The notes: generated by a model from the letters alone, not told the origin. Positions 28,810-38,699 are shown, counted from the stretch's first letter. The stretch is 64,000 bases of DNA from Candidatus Iainarchaeum sp. (GCA_043816965.1 JBDRHK010000015.1:3548-67547); one strand, 5' to 3'. Numbers and translations: made by a program.

Positions 28810-31210
28810 ATATATAAGTATATTTCGGCTAATTGGATTTAGAGGGAGTTCATTGATAGATAAATTGAAGGAAATTGTTTTGAGGGTCCAGGACCCTGAC
28901 CCAAGCCATGTGGGAAGAAATATTATTACCCTAGATAGGCAGTCCAAGGAAAAATTAGGGGTTACATCAGGAGACATAGTCGAGCTGGAAGGCTCAAGAA
29001 AAACCGCGGCAGTCATCTGGCCTGCAAGGCAGGAGGATGAGGGAAAGGACATTATTAGGATGGACAACCTCATAAGGCACAACTCGGGCATAGGTTTGGG
29101 GGAAAGAGTAAGGGTAAGGAGGGCGGCTTATACTGATGCAAAAAGGGTTGTTCTTGCGCCGACACAGGAGGTAAGGATTATTGCCTCAGGATATGACCGG
29201 ATATTGAAGAAAAATTTTATCGGCAGGCCATTGACAAAAGGGGACAATGTCTGGATTTCAGTTTTCGGCTCTGGCTTTGTTTATTCTGTTATTGACACAA
29301 ACCCGCGGGGAATAGTGAAGATTACTGATTTCACCCAATTTGTCCTGAAGCAGGAACCTGTCAAGGATGATTTGGCTGGAATTCCACGCATTGCTTATGA
29401 GGACATTGGCGGATTGGAGGCCCAGGTGCAAAAAGTCAGGGAAATGATAGAGCTTCCTATGCGCCATCCGGAAATTTTCAATAAGCTGGGCATTGCCCCC
29501 CCAAAAGGGGTTTTGCTGCATGGCCCCCCGGGAACCGGAAAAACCCTTTTGGCAAAAGCGGTTGCAAACGAAACCCAGGCACACTTTATTTCTGTTGCCT
29601 CGCCCTCAATAATGAGTAAATTTGTCGGGGAAGCGGAAGAGAGAATAAGGAAACATTTTAAGGATGCCGAGAAAAATGCCCCATCAATAATTTTCTTTGA
29701 TGAGATTGATGCAATTGCCCCAAAAAGGGATGAAGTGGTCGGCGAGGTTGAGAGAAGGGTTGTTGCCCAGATACTTTCCGCAATGGATGGCATGGAGGCA
29801 AGGGGAAATGTGATTGTAATTGCCGCCACAAACAGGCTTAATTCACTGGATGAGGCTTTGCGAAGGCCAGGAAGGTTTGACAGGGAGATTGAAATAGGGG
29901 TGCCTGATGTTACCGGAAGAAAAAAGATTATGCAGATTCACACAAGGGGAATGCCAATCGCTCCGCCATTGGAAAAGGAAAGCATTGACCATGCCCTTAC
30001 TAAAATAAAGGAAAATTATGCGTCTGAAACCACTAAAGAATTGCTTAAAAAGCTTTCAGAAACAAAAACAATGGATGAAAAGAGAAAGTTAATGTCTTCC
30101 TTGGATGAAAAATCCAGAAGCGATTTATCAAACCTGCTGGTATCTGTTTTTTTGGATGATTTGGCAGCCATAACCTATGGTTTTGTCGGGGCTGATTTGG
30201 AGGCCCTTGCAAAAGAGGCTGCGATGAAAGCCCTGAGAAGGTATCTTCCGAAAATACATCTGGAAGACGAAACAATCCCTCCCGAGGTATTGGAATCCCT
30301 TGAGGTAAACAGGAATGATTTCATGAATGCGCTTAAGGAGGTTCAGCCCTCGGCCCTGAGAGAGGTCGCAATAGAAATCCCCAATGTCAGGTGGAAGGAT
30401 ATAGGTGGGTTGAAAGAGGTTAAGCAGGAACTGCAACAGGCGGTTGAATGGCCGCTGAAGAAACCTGAAGCTTTCAAAAAATTAGGGATATCCCCGCCGA
30501 GGGGGGTTTTGCTTTACGGGCCGCCAGGATGCGGAAAAACAATTCTCGCGAAAGCGGTCGCAACAGAGAGTGAGGCAAATTTCATTTCAATCAAGGGCCC
30601 GCAGCTGATTTCAATGTGGGTCGGCGAGAGCGAAAAAGGAATCCGGAAGGTCTTCCATCGCGCAAGGCAGGTTTCCCCGTCAATAATTTTCTTTGATGAG
30701 ATTGATTCCATAGCCTCAAGGAGGGGAGGCAATCATGACGCAGGAACAGGGGAAAGGGTTGTTAACCAGCTGCTTACTGAATTGGACGGAATTGAAAACC
30801 TCAAAGATGTTGTTTTCATAGCCGCCACAAACAGGCCTGATTTGCTTGACCCTGGCCTGATTAGGCCTGGGAGGATTGATAAAGTTATAAGGGTCACCGC
30901 ACCCGACAAGGAGACTAGGCTTGCGATTCTTAAGGTGCATACAAAAGATGTCCCCTTGGCCAAGGACATATCCCTTGAGGAATTGGCAGATAAGACTGAA
31001 GGCTATAGCGGAGCCGATTTGGAAGGCGTGATAAAAGAGGCTGCGCTAATAGCGCTGCAGGAATCCAATTTCAAGGCAATTGTGGTCGATAAAAAGCATA
31101 TTGATGCCGCCCTTCTTAAAATAGTTCCAAGCATCAGCCAGGAAACAGCAGACGCATATGCTGCTTTCAGGACCCAGATGGCGGAATTCAAGCCAAGTTA
31201 TGCCAGATAG
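28784..31210 (+). CDS. cdc48: Cdc48/VCP-like AAA+ ATPase (two AAA domains)
   Basis: N-domain ([21 protein letters not shown]...[12 protein letters not shown]), D1 and D2 Walker A GPPGTGKT / [11 protein letters not shown]. The start is uncertain: ATG at 28784 overlaps the upstream gene, the track ORF starts 28721, and an in-frame TTG at 28862 is possible. Confidence 0.9.
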   Translation: MAELKSGNRYISIFRLIGFRGSSLIDKLKEIVLRVQDPDPSHVGRNIITLDRQSKEKLGVTSGDIVELEGSRKTAAVIWPARQEDEGKDIIRMDNLIRHNSGIGLGERVRVRRAAYTDAKRVVLAPTQEVRIIASGYDRILKKNFIGRPLTKGDNVWISVFGSGFVYSVIDTNPRGIVKITDFTQFVLKQEPVKDDLAGIPRIAYEDIGGLEAQVQKVREMIELPMRHPEIFNKLGIAPPKGVLLHGPPGTGKTLLAKAVANETQAHFISVASPSIMSKFVGEAEERIRKHFKDAEKNAPSIIFFDEIDAIAPKRDEVVGEVERRVVAQILSAMDGMEARGNVIVIAATNRLNSLDEALRRPGRFDREIEIGVPDVTGRKKIMQIHTRGMPIAPPLEKESIDHALTKIKENYASETTKELLKKLSETKTMDEKRKLMSSLDEKSRSDLSNLLVSVFLDDLAAITYGFVGADLEALAKEAAMKALRRYLPKIHLEDETIPPEVLESLEVNRNDFMNALKEVQPSALREVAIEIPNVRWKDIGGLKEVKQELQQAVEWPLKKPEAFKKLGISPPRGVLLYGPPGCGKTILAKAVATESEANFISIKGPQLISMWVGESEKGIRKVFHRARQVSPSIIFFDEIDSIASRRGGNHDAGTGERVVNQLLTELDGIENLKDVVFIAATNRPDLLDPGLIRPGRIDKVIRVTAPDKETRLAILKVHTKDVPLAKDISLEELADKTEGYSGADLEGVIKEAALIALQESNFKAIVVDKKHIDAALLKIVPSISQETADAYAAFRTQMAEFKPSYAR

Positions 31211-31216
31211 GCTGTT

Positions 31217-31837
31217 TCAGAATATTGGCTGCAGGATTAAAAAATAAATCCACGGGGCAAACACACCTATTGCGGCAATCGCCATTGCCACCCCCCAAAC
31301 AGGAATGCTCCATGTAAAAACCTTGGAGCCATCCAAAGGCCCAATAGGGAGAAGATTGAACAGGGCGAGGAAGAAATTTATCATTGCCGAATAAGAGAAA
31401 ATGTCTGACACCAAATCCGTCGGCTTAAACACGGCAAGCAGGATAAGGAACATGAATGCCACAACAATATTTGTGGCAGCACCGGCAACAGAAATTAGCC
31501 CATTTTGCTCCCTTGTTATATGGCTGCCAGATATGTAAACTGCGCCAGGTGCGGCAAACAAAAACCTTCCAAAAGTTATCAGCGGAAGGAGTATTGTGAA
31601 AAGCAATCCTGTTGTCCATGCCCTGTATTCTGCGTTAAGCCCATAATATTTGGCAACCTGCCTGTGCGCAAGCTCATGCAAAATAAAGCCAGTTCCAACC
31701 CCGACCAGTGCGATGGGAAGTTTTTCCCCAAAATCACCAAAATTCAGAAATTCCGACAGCACCCATGCAAACCCAAGGCTGATGGTTAACCATGAAATGA
31801 TTAAATCGTTTCTTTCCCTGGATTCCAAAACAACCAC
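31217..31837 (-). CDS. site-2 protease family zinc metalloprotease (M50)
   Basis: HELAHRQVAKYYG (HExxH) and LLPIGPLDGSKV (LDG) motifs. 5-6 TM helices. Confidence 0.85.
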   Translation of the reverse strand: MVVLESRERNDLIISWLTISLGFAWVLSEFLNFGDFGEKLPIALVGVGTGFILHELAHRQVAKYYGLNAEYRAWTTGLLFTILLPLITFGRFLFAAPGAVYISGSHITREQNGLISVAGAATNIVVAFMFLILLAVFKPTDLVSDIFSYSAMINFFLALFNLLPIGPLDGSKVFTWSIPVWGVAMAIAAIGVFAPWIYFLILQPIF

Positions 31838-31981
31838 CTAAAAGCAGTAATTATTTGTTATCGGCATCACTTAAATAAGCTTTAGGTCTGTTTATCGCCC
31901 CTTTTTGCGTACTAATTTCTTTAAATATAAATATCGTCAATCAACGTAATATTTAAGTTATTTTCCCAGCACCATTATTGC

Positions 31982-32554
31982 ATGAATCCCCGAGGAATTT
32001 TCTCCTTCATATTGGTTTTGCTCTTCATCCAGCTAATTGTTGTTTCTGCAGGAATCAATTCCTCAACCAGCAGGGAAATTGGGGAAGCCATAAACACCCT
32101 CATTGAACTTGAAAACTCCTCCCTGAAAAGGGCCGAGCTGGAGCAGAATCTGGATTTCCTGATAAAAAAGGCTGTTGAGAGGGAGGTTTTCTTTGGAAAT
32201 TCCGAGCCTGAGTTGATTGAGCAGAAACTAAACCATGAAATTGATTCCTTTGTTTCCCAAACTGAAAGCATTTACGGTGCAAGCCCGAAAATGGAATTCA
32301 ATTTAGTTCAGGATTTCCAAAGATTGAAAATTCCCCAAAAAAAGGCCCGCAGGAAACTGGGAAAAGGGGAGCTGCACAACTACTTCAATGTAATGGTTCT
32401 GAACCTTGAGGAAAATATTTTCATCGTGGAATTTGATTATTCCGGGGGCCTGATGAAAGACCATCGCTTCTTTGCGGTAATTTCCTCTCCAAAAACCGAG
32501 CAGTTGTTTGAGATTCCGGCAGGATACACGCAAATCATTACGGTGGTTAGATGA
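31982..32554 (+). CDS. pilin-like/secreted protein with class III-like N-terminus
   Basis: MNPRGIFSFILVLLFIQLIVV resembles the KGQIFSLD leaders of the first cluster. Confidence 0.4.
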   Translation: MNPRGIFSFILVLLFIQLIVVSAGINSSTSREIGEAINTLIELENSSLKRAELEQNLDFLIKKAVEREVFFGNSEPELIEQKLNHEIDSFVSQTESIYGASPKMEFNLVQDFQRLKIPQKKARRKLGKGELHNYFNVMVLNLEENIFIVEFDYSGGLMKDHRFFAVISSPKTEQLFEIPAGYTQIITVVR

Positions 32555-32892
32555 TAAGTATTGAGGCGATGATTTGCTTCCTTGTGTTTGTAATACTTCT
32601 CGGAATTATTGCCGCAGGAATTGGGGAACAGATTCAATTGTTTGATTTTTCATCAGGCGCATTCATTGCAAGAAATGAATCAGAAAAATGCGCGGTTCTT
32701 GTTGATGCCCTCTATTCGAATGGAGGGGGGACACTGAATGAAAACAAATTTGGCTGCTTTATTTCGGAAAACGGGATTTCCTCAAAGTTTGGGGATTGGG
32801 AAAAGGCATCCCTCACTGTAAGCAATTCTGCAGTGCAGGTTGAGGGGGATTTAAGCATGATTGAGGTTAATGGGGATGGCCATTATAGGTGA
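32551..32892 (+). CDS. small pilin-like protein (short leader)
   Basis: MISIEAMICFLVFVILLGIIAAG. Overlapping starts and stops give an operon-like arrangement. Confidence 0.35.
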   Translation: MISIEAMICFLVFVILLGIIAAGIGEQIQLFDFSSGAFIARNESEKCAVLVDALYSNGGGTLNENKFGCFISENGISSKFGDWEKASLTVSNSAVQVEGDLSMIEVNGDGHYR

Positions 32893-33361
32893 GAGGGGCC
32901 TTATATTCAGCCTGGATTTGGCTGTGGCGGTGATGGTTATGTTTGCGATTGCCTTTCTCATACTCCTGCATTCAGCCTCACTAATCGAAAATAACGCTTC
33001 CCTCCAAAACAGGCTCTCTTTGGAAAGAAAGGCAATCTATCTTGCGGATTCCCTTGTAAAAAACCGGAGTCCTGAAAATCCGCTTTTAGGGTCGGCCAGT
33101 TACAATCCTCTCCTGAAAAGGGTGGAAACAAACAAAATTGATTATTCACTACTCAAATCAATTTCAGATAAAAATTTTGGCCTTAATGGAATTTCAATTT
33201 CACTTTTGGAAATCGAATACAAAAACAGGGAAAAGGAAAAAATAATTGAAAACCCCCTTTCTGGCGAATGCATCTCAGTTGAAAGATTTGTCCTGATGCA
33301 AAAAATCTTGCCTGAAAAGGCATTGTTAAGGCTGGTGGTGTGTGATGCATCTCTCAACTGA
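32876..33361 (+). CDS. pilin-like protein (class III signal peptide)
   Basis: MAIIGERGLIFSLDLAVAVMVMFAIAFL, homologous to the 275..916 leader. The track ORF starts at 32861. Confidence 0.5.
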   Translation: MAIIGERGLIFSLDLAVAVMVMFAIAFLILLHSASLIENNASLQNRLSLERKAIYLADSLVKNRSPENPLLGSASYNPLLKRVETNKIDYSLLKSISDKNFGLNGISISLLEIEYKNREKEKIIENPLSGECISVERFVLMQKILPEKALLRLVVCDASLN

Positions 33362-33686
33362 GGCCCTATTTTCCCTCTTTCTGCTTTGCTCAGTCCTGCT
33401 GCTCCCAGCCTCCTTTTCCAGCCCATCCTATTCCGAGGTGCTGCTTGTGCAGAAGGGGAATGACCTATTGGCGGTATGGATGATGCAGCGCTCATTTTCG
33501 CAGAGGGAAATCCTTTCTGACATCCAATTGGTTTTTCCCATGCATGCTGTTCTTGTTGAAATTGACGGAAGTGAATACTGGCACAATAAAAGAAATTTTG
33601 CGGGAATGGACGCAACGTCCTCATCAATATTTTTTCTTGATGATTCCCTCCAGCTGAAAGAATTAAGGCTCACCATTTACCACTGA
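33342..33686 (+). CDS. hypothetical secreted protein
   Basis: N-terminal hydrophobic segment STEALFSLFLLCSVLLLPA. No family. Confidence 0.3.
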   Translation: MMHLSTEALFSLFLLCSVLLLPASFSSPSYSEVLLVQKGNDLLAVWMMQRSFSQREILSDIQLVFPMHAVLVEIDGSEYWHNKRNFAGMDATSSSIFFLDDSLQLKELRLTIYH

Positions 33687-34076
33687 AACTTTCCCGGAAT
33701 TTTTTTCCAGTTTCAGCCTGATTTCATTTTCGGCCCTGAAAGGTAAAAGGGAAAAATTTGCATTCACTTCCCTCTCGAGTTTCTTCCCTCTCCCAAGTTC
33801 TGAACTTTCAACTATCAGGATTAATTTCATGTTCTCGTTTTTGAGTTCCCATTGATTTATCACGTTAGAGGAAATTTGGAGGGAACTTCCATCACCAAGG
33901 ACATTCATCCTCTCTATCCCCAATTTTAAATCATCAATAAAGTGCTCGGCATTCCTCACATCCAGGCCAAACTTGGCGGCCTGGACAGTATTGTTTATCG
34001 CAGGAACAAGGAAAAGCAGGCAGGAAAAGAATGCGGCCAGAAGTATGATATATTCCAGGCTTAGTTGTCCGCGCAT
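33663..34076 (-). CDS. pilin-like protein (class III signal peptide)
   Basis: MRGQLSLEYIILLAAFFSCLLFL, a textbook class III leader. Confidence 0.6.
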   Translation of the reverse strand: MRGQLSLEYIILLAAFFSCLLFLVPAINNTVQAAKFGLDVRNAEHFIDDLKLGIERMNVLGDGSSLQISSNVINQWELKNENMKLILIVESSELGRGKKLEREVNANFSLLPFRAENEIRLKLEKNSGKVSVVNGEP

Positions 34077-34247
34077 TCAGATATCCTCAATCTGCTCGAA
34101 TATTTCGCTTGTTTTGTTGTCGATTACCTTTGCCCCCTCCTCGGTTGTTTTCTGGAGCTGGCTTACGAGAAGCAAAACTATCGCAACAACCGCGGCAAGG
34201 ACAATAATCATTTCCACAGAAATCTGCGCTTTTTCCTCATAAAACAT
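34077..34247 (-). CDS. small Flp-like pilin (56 aa), not in the ORF track
   Basis: Manual translation: MFYEEKAQISVEMIIVLAAVVAIVLLLVSQLQKTTEEGAKVIDNKTSEIFEQIEDI. Its stop TGA directly abuts the ATG of 33663..34076. Confidence 0.6.
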   Translation of the reverse strand: MFYEEKAQISVEMIIVLAAVVAIVLLLVSQLQKTTEEGAKVIDNKTSEIFEQIEDI

Positions 34248-34280
34248 AAGGAAATGATGAAGGGAAGTTATTTTAAATAT

Positions 34281-34298
34281 TACGTCAATTGACGAATA
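34281..34298. promoter_or_regulatory. palindrome ACGTCAATTGACGAA next to TATA-like element (copy 2)
   Basis: Core cgtcaattgacg at 34283..34294, about 35-50 bp upstream of the small pilin ATG (34247), followed by atatttaaaataa. Confidence 0.35.
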
Positions 34299-34318
34299 TA
34301 ATCAATTGCCCTTTTTTG

Positions 34319-34345
34319 CCTAGGGTTTCGGAAGGCATAAATACC
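34319..34345 (+). promoter_or_regulatory. promoter module cctagggtttcggaaggcataaatacc (BRE/TATA-like), copy 1
   Basis: TATA ataaata centred about 28 nt upstream of ATG 34368, consistent with a leaderless transcript. Confidence 0.4.
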
Positions 34346-34367
34346 AGTTTGGGCTTATTTGTGAGTT

Positions 34368-34679
34368 ATGGATATTACTTCAGTATGTATTTTTTTCTCA
34401 GCTATCGTGAGCATAATTTTTTTGATTAGCGGAATTCTTATTATTATTTTTAGTAAAAAATGTGCAGATTTTATTGTAAGATTTGAAATAGGATTGCCAG
34501 ATTTCCTGCCACCTAAAATTATTTATAACACTGTTTTCAATAGTGATGAAAAAAGTTATGGGTCTTTTAGAAGGATTATTTTTATTTTGCTCGGTCTTTT
34601 TTTAATTATTGGTTCCCTTTTGAACTTTTTAGTTTGGAGTTTTTTGTTTTGTGGGCTATTTCCCCCACTCACTCTGTAA
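34368..34679 (+). CDS. small hypothetical membrane protein
   Basis: Three hydrophobic helices. No family. Confidence 0.35.
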   Translation: MDITSVCIFFSAIVSIIFLISGILIIIFSKKCADFIVRFEIGLPDFLPPKIIYNTVFNSDEKSYGSFRRIIFILLGLFLIIGSLLNFLVWSFLFCGLFPPLTL

Positions 34680-34764
34680 AGGTCTTTTTGCTCAACCCCC
34701 CACACCCCGAAAGGGTTGGTGGCTGCCTGAAGATGGATTTTGCACAAAAAGGGAGCTGGCGCTG

Positions 34765-34791
34765 CCCAGGGTTTCGGAAGTAATAAATACC
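34765..34791 (+). promoter_or_regulatory. promoter module cccagggtttcggaagtaataaatacc, copy 2
   Basis: 24/27 identical to copy 1. TATA about 26 nt upstream of in-frame ATG 34812. Confidence 0.4.
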
Positions 34792-34811
34792 GTCACGAAC
34801 TTAAATTATGC

Positions 34812-35828
34812 ATGGTTAGTAAAAGGAAATTTCTATCTGTGCCATTAGATGCTTTAAAAAGGGCGAGAGCAAAAACAAGAACTGCTGAAAAATCATCCTC
34901 TCCAAATCAACCAAAAAAGAAATTTTCGAGAAGGAAAATGCTTGGTTTATTGGGAACTGGTGCCGCAGCAGGTACTGGATTTTACCTATCCCGAAAAAAA
35001 AGATATTTTGGGGTTTTAAAGTTTTTAGGCAGGGAATGGCCCTATTCAGTAAAGCTTTTTTTTAGTTCACATGGGGAAAGAAATAATGCACAAAAAATTT
35101 TAGAGGAGTTAGATAAATCCAAAAAGAAAGGAAGAAAATATGACCTCGTTTTTTTGGAGGGCCCCATTAGTGAAGAAATGAAAAAACAATTTATGAATGG
35201 TTTTTCAAGAATTCGAAGTAACTATTTAAGTGGAAAATATCGGGATGAAAAGGGGATTCAATCTGATCTTCAAAAAGAGTATGGTAAACTGGTTCCTTTT
35301 CCTGAATTTACCGTTGAATTGTTTGCCGGATGTATAAAAAGAGGAGTATCTATTGAGCCTATCGAGGTTTATTCTCCTAACAGGTTTGTAAAATTGACTA
35401 GTCATGAATTGTATAAGGATGACTCTCTTCGAAATTATAGAAAAATTCCAAAAACTGATATTGAATCAAAAAAGAAAGCTGCAATGGAATACTTAGTTGC
35501 CAGAACAAATTATTTAAGATTTAGAAATAAAATGATTGAAATAACTTTAGAAGATAAAGTAAAAGAAAGATTTAAATCTTTAAAGGTTAAAGATGGAAGA
35601 TTAACTGATATGCTTTTTGTTGGAGCAGATCATCAGTCACTTTCAGATACCTTTGCTAAAAAAAGAAGCTGGGATTTAGATTATGAATTTGAGAGTGTTT
35701 TGCCCTCTAGATTTGAGACAGTATTTAAGCAAACCTTGTTAAGAATGGTTGAAGATCCAAAGTATGTTCCCAGTGAAAGAGATTTGGAAAAAATAATGAA
35801 CTATCTGGATATGGGACATGACTTGTAA
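34812..35828 (+). CDS. hypothetical protein with possible twin-arginine signal peptide
   Basis: ...KKFSRRKMLGLLGTGAAAGTGFYL resembles a Tat signal. The track ORF (34740) over-extends through the promoter module. Remainder has no family. Confidence 0.4.
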   Translation: MVSKRKFLSVPLDALKRARAKTRTAEKSSSPNQPKKKFSRRKMLGLLGTGAAAGTGFYLSRKKRYFGVLKFLGREWPYSVKLFFSSHGERNNAQKILEELDKSKKKGRKYDLVFLEGPISEEMKKQFMNGFSRIRSNYLSGKYRDEKGIQSDLQKEYGKLVPFPEFTVELFAGCIKRGVSIEPIEVYSPNRFVKLTSHELYKDDSLRNYRKIPKTDIESKKKAAMEYLVARTNYLRFRNKMIEITLEDKVKERFKSLKVKDGRLTDMLFVGADHQSLSDTFAKKRSWDLDYEFESVLPSRFETVFKQTLLRMVEDPKYVPSERDLEKIMNYLDMGHDL

Positions 35829-35897
35829 AAAGATATTCAGGTAATTCATCTAAGTAATCTAATCATATTGCCCCTGGTTCAAACCCCCCACAGCCAG

Positions 35898-36611
35898 TTA
35901 CCCCTTCCTCTTCCTAATTAAAACCGCCGCGAAAAAGCCCACAATAAGTGCGGTTGCGACTATTGGGATAAGGAACAAAATTGCCTGCTCAAAAGTAATT
36001 ATCGGGTCTGTGGGGATATCGGTCCACATTACCTGTTTATCTTCAGGAACCAGATTTTCCCCGGCCTTCCCTATCTCATCTTCCCTTTCAGCAGCTGGTT
36101 TTGGCTCCTCCCCGCCTGCCACAGTGGTTCCTCCTCCGGAATCGACTAAATCCTTATCAGCCACAGGTGCCACAATATTGTCCACCCCGCCATCACCGAA
36201 CATTTGAGGAGGGGCCATTGTTTCAGAGGATGCAAGTGTGCCTGTTGACATATAATAAATTCCAAAACTGCTTGCAAACAAAAGCAAAAATCCAACCAAT
36301 GCAATTGCCGAGATTGAAAGAACTATCAGTATTGTTGTATCGCTCTCATCCCCCTCAAGAAGGTTCTTCCCCTTCCTTGTGAGCGTATAATACTTCCATT
36401 TTCTCCCCTCATCAATCTGCTCAATAATCTCTGACTTAAGGAGAATGTCCAAATGCTGCTTAATGCTGGGAGAAGCCATCTCCATTTTAGAGGCAATTTC
36501 AGTAAGTGTGTGGTTCCTCTCCTTTAGCAGCTTAATTATTTGCACCCTGGTATCAGAACTCAGGGCCTTGAATTCTGTTGATGAAAGTGTCAGTTCAGCC
36601 ATGCAAATCAC
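35898..36611 (-). CDS. ArsR-type HTH regulator fused to membrane-spanning and extracytoplasmic segments
   Basis: N-terminal wHTH (LSSDTRVQIIKLLKERNHTLTEIASKMEMASPSIKQHLDIL), internal TM, Gly/Pro/acidic linker, C-terminal TM plus RKRKG. Confidence 0.5.
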   Translation of the reverse strand: MICMAELTLSSTEFKALSSDTRVQIIKLLKERNHTLTEIASKMEMASPSIKQHLDILLKSEIIEQIDEGRKWKYYTLTRKGKNLLEGDESDTTILIVLSISAIALVGFLLLFASSFGIYYMSTGTLASSETMAPPQMFGDGGVDNIVAPVADKDLVDSGGGTTVAGGEEPKPAAEREDEIGKAGENLVPEDKQVMWTDIPTDPIITFEQAILFLIPIVATALIVGFFAAVLIRKRKG

Positions 36612-36728
36612 ATAGTTAGCTAATTACATAACTATCCTTTTTAAGCTTTAAATAGCTTTCATTTTAGTTAGCTAACCGGCTTTCTGAAAGGATTAAATAC
36701 TCGAATGGAGTAATAAATTAGGGTCAAA

Positions 36729-37562
36729 ATGGTTGATTTGAACACTCTGAATGTGGAGCAAATAGCTACGGATAGCGTAAACTACATCCAGAACAACTTT
36801 ATCCCCAGTGTTTTTGCCCTTGACCCGGGTGCGATTGCAATAGTGGGGATTGCGGCATTAATCCTGATTGCAATTATATTCAAAACAAGCCAGATTCTTT
36901 TCACCTTGGTAAAAAAATTATTCCTCCTTATAATTGTCGGCTTCTCCCTTTTCTTTTTCATTTCAACTTTTGGGGAAAAGCTTCTGGCCGAAGGCTTTAG
37001 TGGCCAACTAATAATAGTTGGTGTTGTGGGCATTTCCCTGGGGTTGGTTGCACTTGTAATGGCTCTTCTCTCTGCGCACAGGCACACAAAAAGTGCAATT
37101 GCCGGAAGCAGGTCTGAGGTGTTTGAGGAAAAAGTGGCGAAAGAAAAGAAGGAACCGCTGCAAGAGGGCAAAACAACATTTTCTGCCAGCGGCTTCCTGG
37201 ACTCAATGCAGAACGACAGGAGCATTCTTGCGGTTTTGAGCTATGTGATTATCGCCCAGTTTGGCGTTTTCAGTTCAGTTACCCTTGCCGCCCCAAATTC
37301 AACAACAGGAATGGTGCTTGCTGCCGTTTTCTTTATCGGGGCATTTATTTTCATAAAGAGCTCATACCACAACTATCTCACAGGGGTAAAGCATCTCCTG
37401 ATTGCTGCGGCATTTGCCCTGGTCCTTTCTGTCGTGCTTGGGCTTTACTGGGCCGAGATTCCACAGGATATTTTGTTTTCAATAGAATATTTCGCATCGC
37501 CCTCGATGATTGCATTTGCAACAAGCATAGCGGTAAGCCTCTTGATGGGAAGCAAGGAGTGA
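36729..37562 (+). CDS. hypothetical polytopic membrane protein
   Basis: 7 predicted TM helices. Confidence 0.35.
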   Translation: MVDLNTLNVEQIATDSVNYIQNNFIPSVFALDPGAIAIVGIAALILIAIIFKTSQILFTLVKKLFLLIIVGFSLFFFISTFGEKLLAEGFSGQLIIVGVVGISLGLVALVMALLSAHRHTKSAIAGSRSEVFEEKVAKEKKEPLQEGKTTFSASGFLDSMQNDRSILAVLSYVIIAQFGVFSSVTLAAPNSTTGMVLAAVFFIGAFIFIKSSYHNYLTGVKHLLIAAAFALVLSVVLGLYWAEIPQDILFSIEYFASPSMIAFATSIAVSLLMGSKE

Positions 37563-37843
37563 TTCAAATGCCCCTTGATGTTGGATGGCCTGGTGGCAAG
37601 AAGAAGGCAAAGAAGCATGAAAACCAGGTTATGGCCGACTCTGGAAAGGAAAAGATTGAAGAGATTCTTATCAGCTCATTAAAGAAGGAAATTGGCGGGG
37701 ATAATGTATTTTTCCTAATTAAAATGGAGCCGACAAATGTGGGGTGGCGTGCGGAAGTGAAAATAAACAACGCCCTGTATGAAATAAAACTCAACAAGTT
37801 TGGCGAACTCATGAGCTATAGTGAAATTTCAAAAGCTAAGTGA
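37559..37843 (+). CDS. hypothetical small protein
   Basis: 94 aa. Start overlaps the upstream gene stop. No family. Confidence 0.3.
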   Translation: MIQMPLDVGWPGGKKKAKKHENQVMADSGKEKIEEILISSLKKEIGGDNVFFLIKMEPTNVGWRAEVKINNALYEIKLNKFGELMSYSEISKAK

Positions 37844-38663
37844 TCTTTCTCAAGTATTTCTGCATCTTCAGCGCATCTTCCTCTAAATTGGGGCTTTCAC
37901 AAATGACCGTTCCTGAAACACCCGATTCCTTCAATGCTTCAATTGCAAGTTTGTAATTCAGGGTGTTTCCCGCATCATCAAAATTCAAATGCTTCCTCTC
38001 ACCCTTCTCAGTGAATTTTATTCCCGAACAATGGAAGTGCGCGTCCTTCAGGAACTTTTTATCCACAGTGCCCAATGCCTTAATGAAATCTTTCTTCTCT
38101 TTAAGGCAGCCAACACCTCTTGCATGGAGATGGGAAAAATCAATCACAGGATAGACAGAATCAATCTCATTGGAGAGGGTAGCGATTTCCTCCAGCGAAC
38201 CAAACTGGCTTCCCTTGCCCGTAGTTTCCAGGCCAATTTTGATTTCAATCCCCTCGTGTTTCAACTGCTCATCAATTTTCATCAATGCCCCCTCCACACT
38301 TACATAAGCAATTTCAGATCCCATCCCCAAATAGAAACCAGGGTGTGCAACGATGATTTTTGCCCCTGCCGCGGCACCGATCCTCGCGCTGTCAAGAATC
38401 CTCTTTTTGCTTGCCTCAAGTTTTGCCCTTTCCTTTGCATTAAGGTTGATGTAATAAGGGGCATGTACACTCAGTGAAATATCCTGTTTTTCCGCAACTT
38501 TCCTGACCTCTGCAGCAAGTTCCAATCCCATATTTACTCCATAAACAAACTCCAGCTCCATTGCCCCCAAACCCAGTTCGGCAACCCTTTCAATACCAGA
38601 AACAGTATCCTGCTTTTTTGTGGAACATGGGATTCCTGCAGTCCCAAAAAGAATTTTCGCCAT
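37836..38663 (-). CDS. nfo: AP endonuclease family 2 (endonuclease IV-like, xylose isomerase-like TIM barrel)
   Basis: MAKILFGTAGIP...HAPYYINLNAKE...IIVAHPGFY...IGLETTGKGSQFGSLEE...HLHARGVG, Endo IV-like metal ligand pattern. Confidence 0.75.
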   Translation of the reverse strand: MAKILFGTAGIPCSTKKQDTVSGIERVAELGLGAMELEFVYGVNMGLELAAEVRKVAEKQDISLSVHAPYYINLNAKERAKLEASKKRILDSARIGAAAGAKIIVAHPGFYLGMGSEIAYVSVEGALMKIDEQLKHEGIEIKIGLETTGKGSQFGSLEEIATLSNEIDSVYPVIDFSHLHARGVGCLKEKKDFIKALGTVDKKFLKDAHFHCSGIKFTEKGERKHLNFDDAGNTLNYKLAIEALKESGVSGTVICESPNLEEDALKMQKYLRKIT

Positions 38664-38699
38664 ATTAGCAATTAAATTGTAAAATTAATAAAAAGGCAA

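Noticed and set aside
29258-30969. Several minus-strand ORFs inside cdc48 (29258..29584, 29395..29829, 30514..30969 and others)
   Set aside because: They are antisense to a highly conserved AAA+ ATPase. Artefacts of GC-skewed codon usage.
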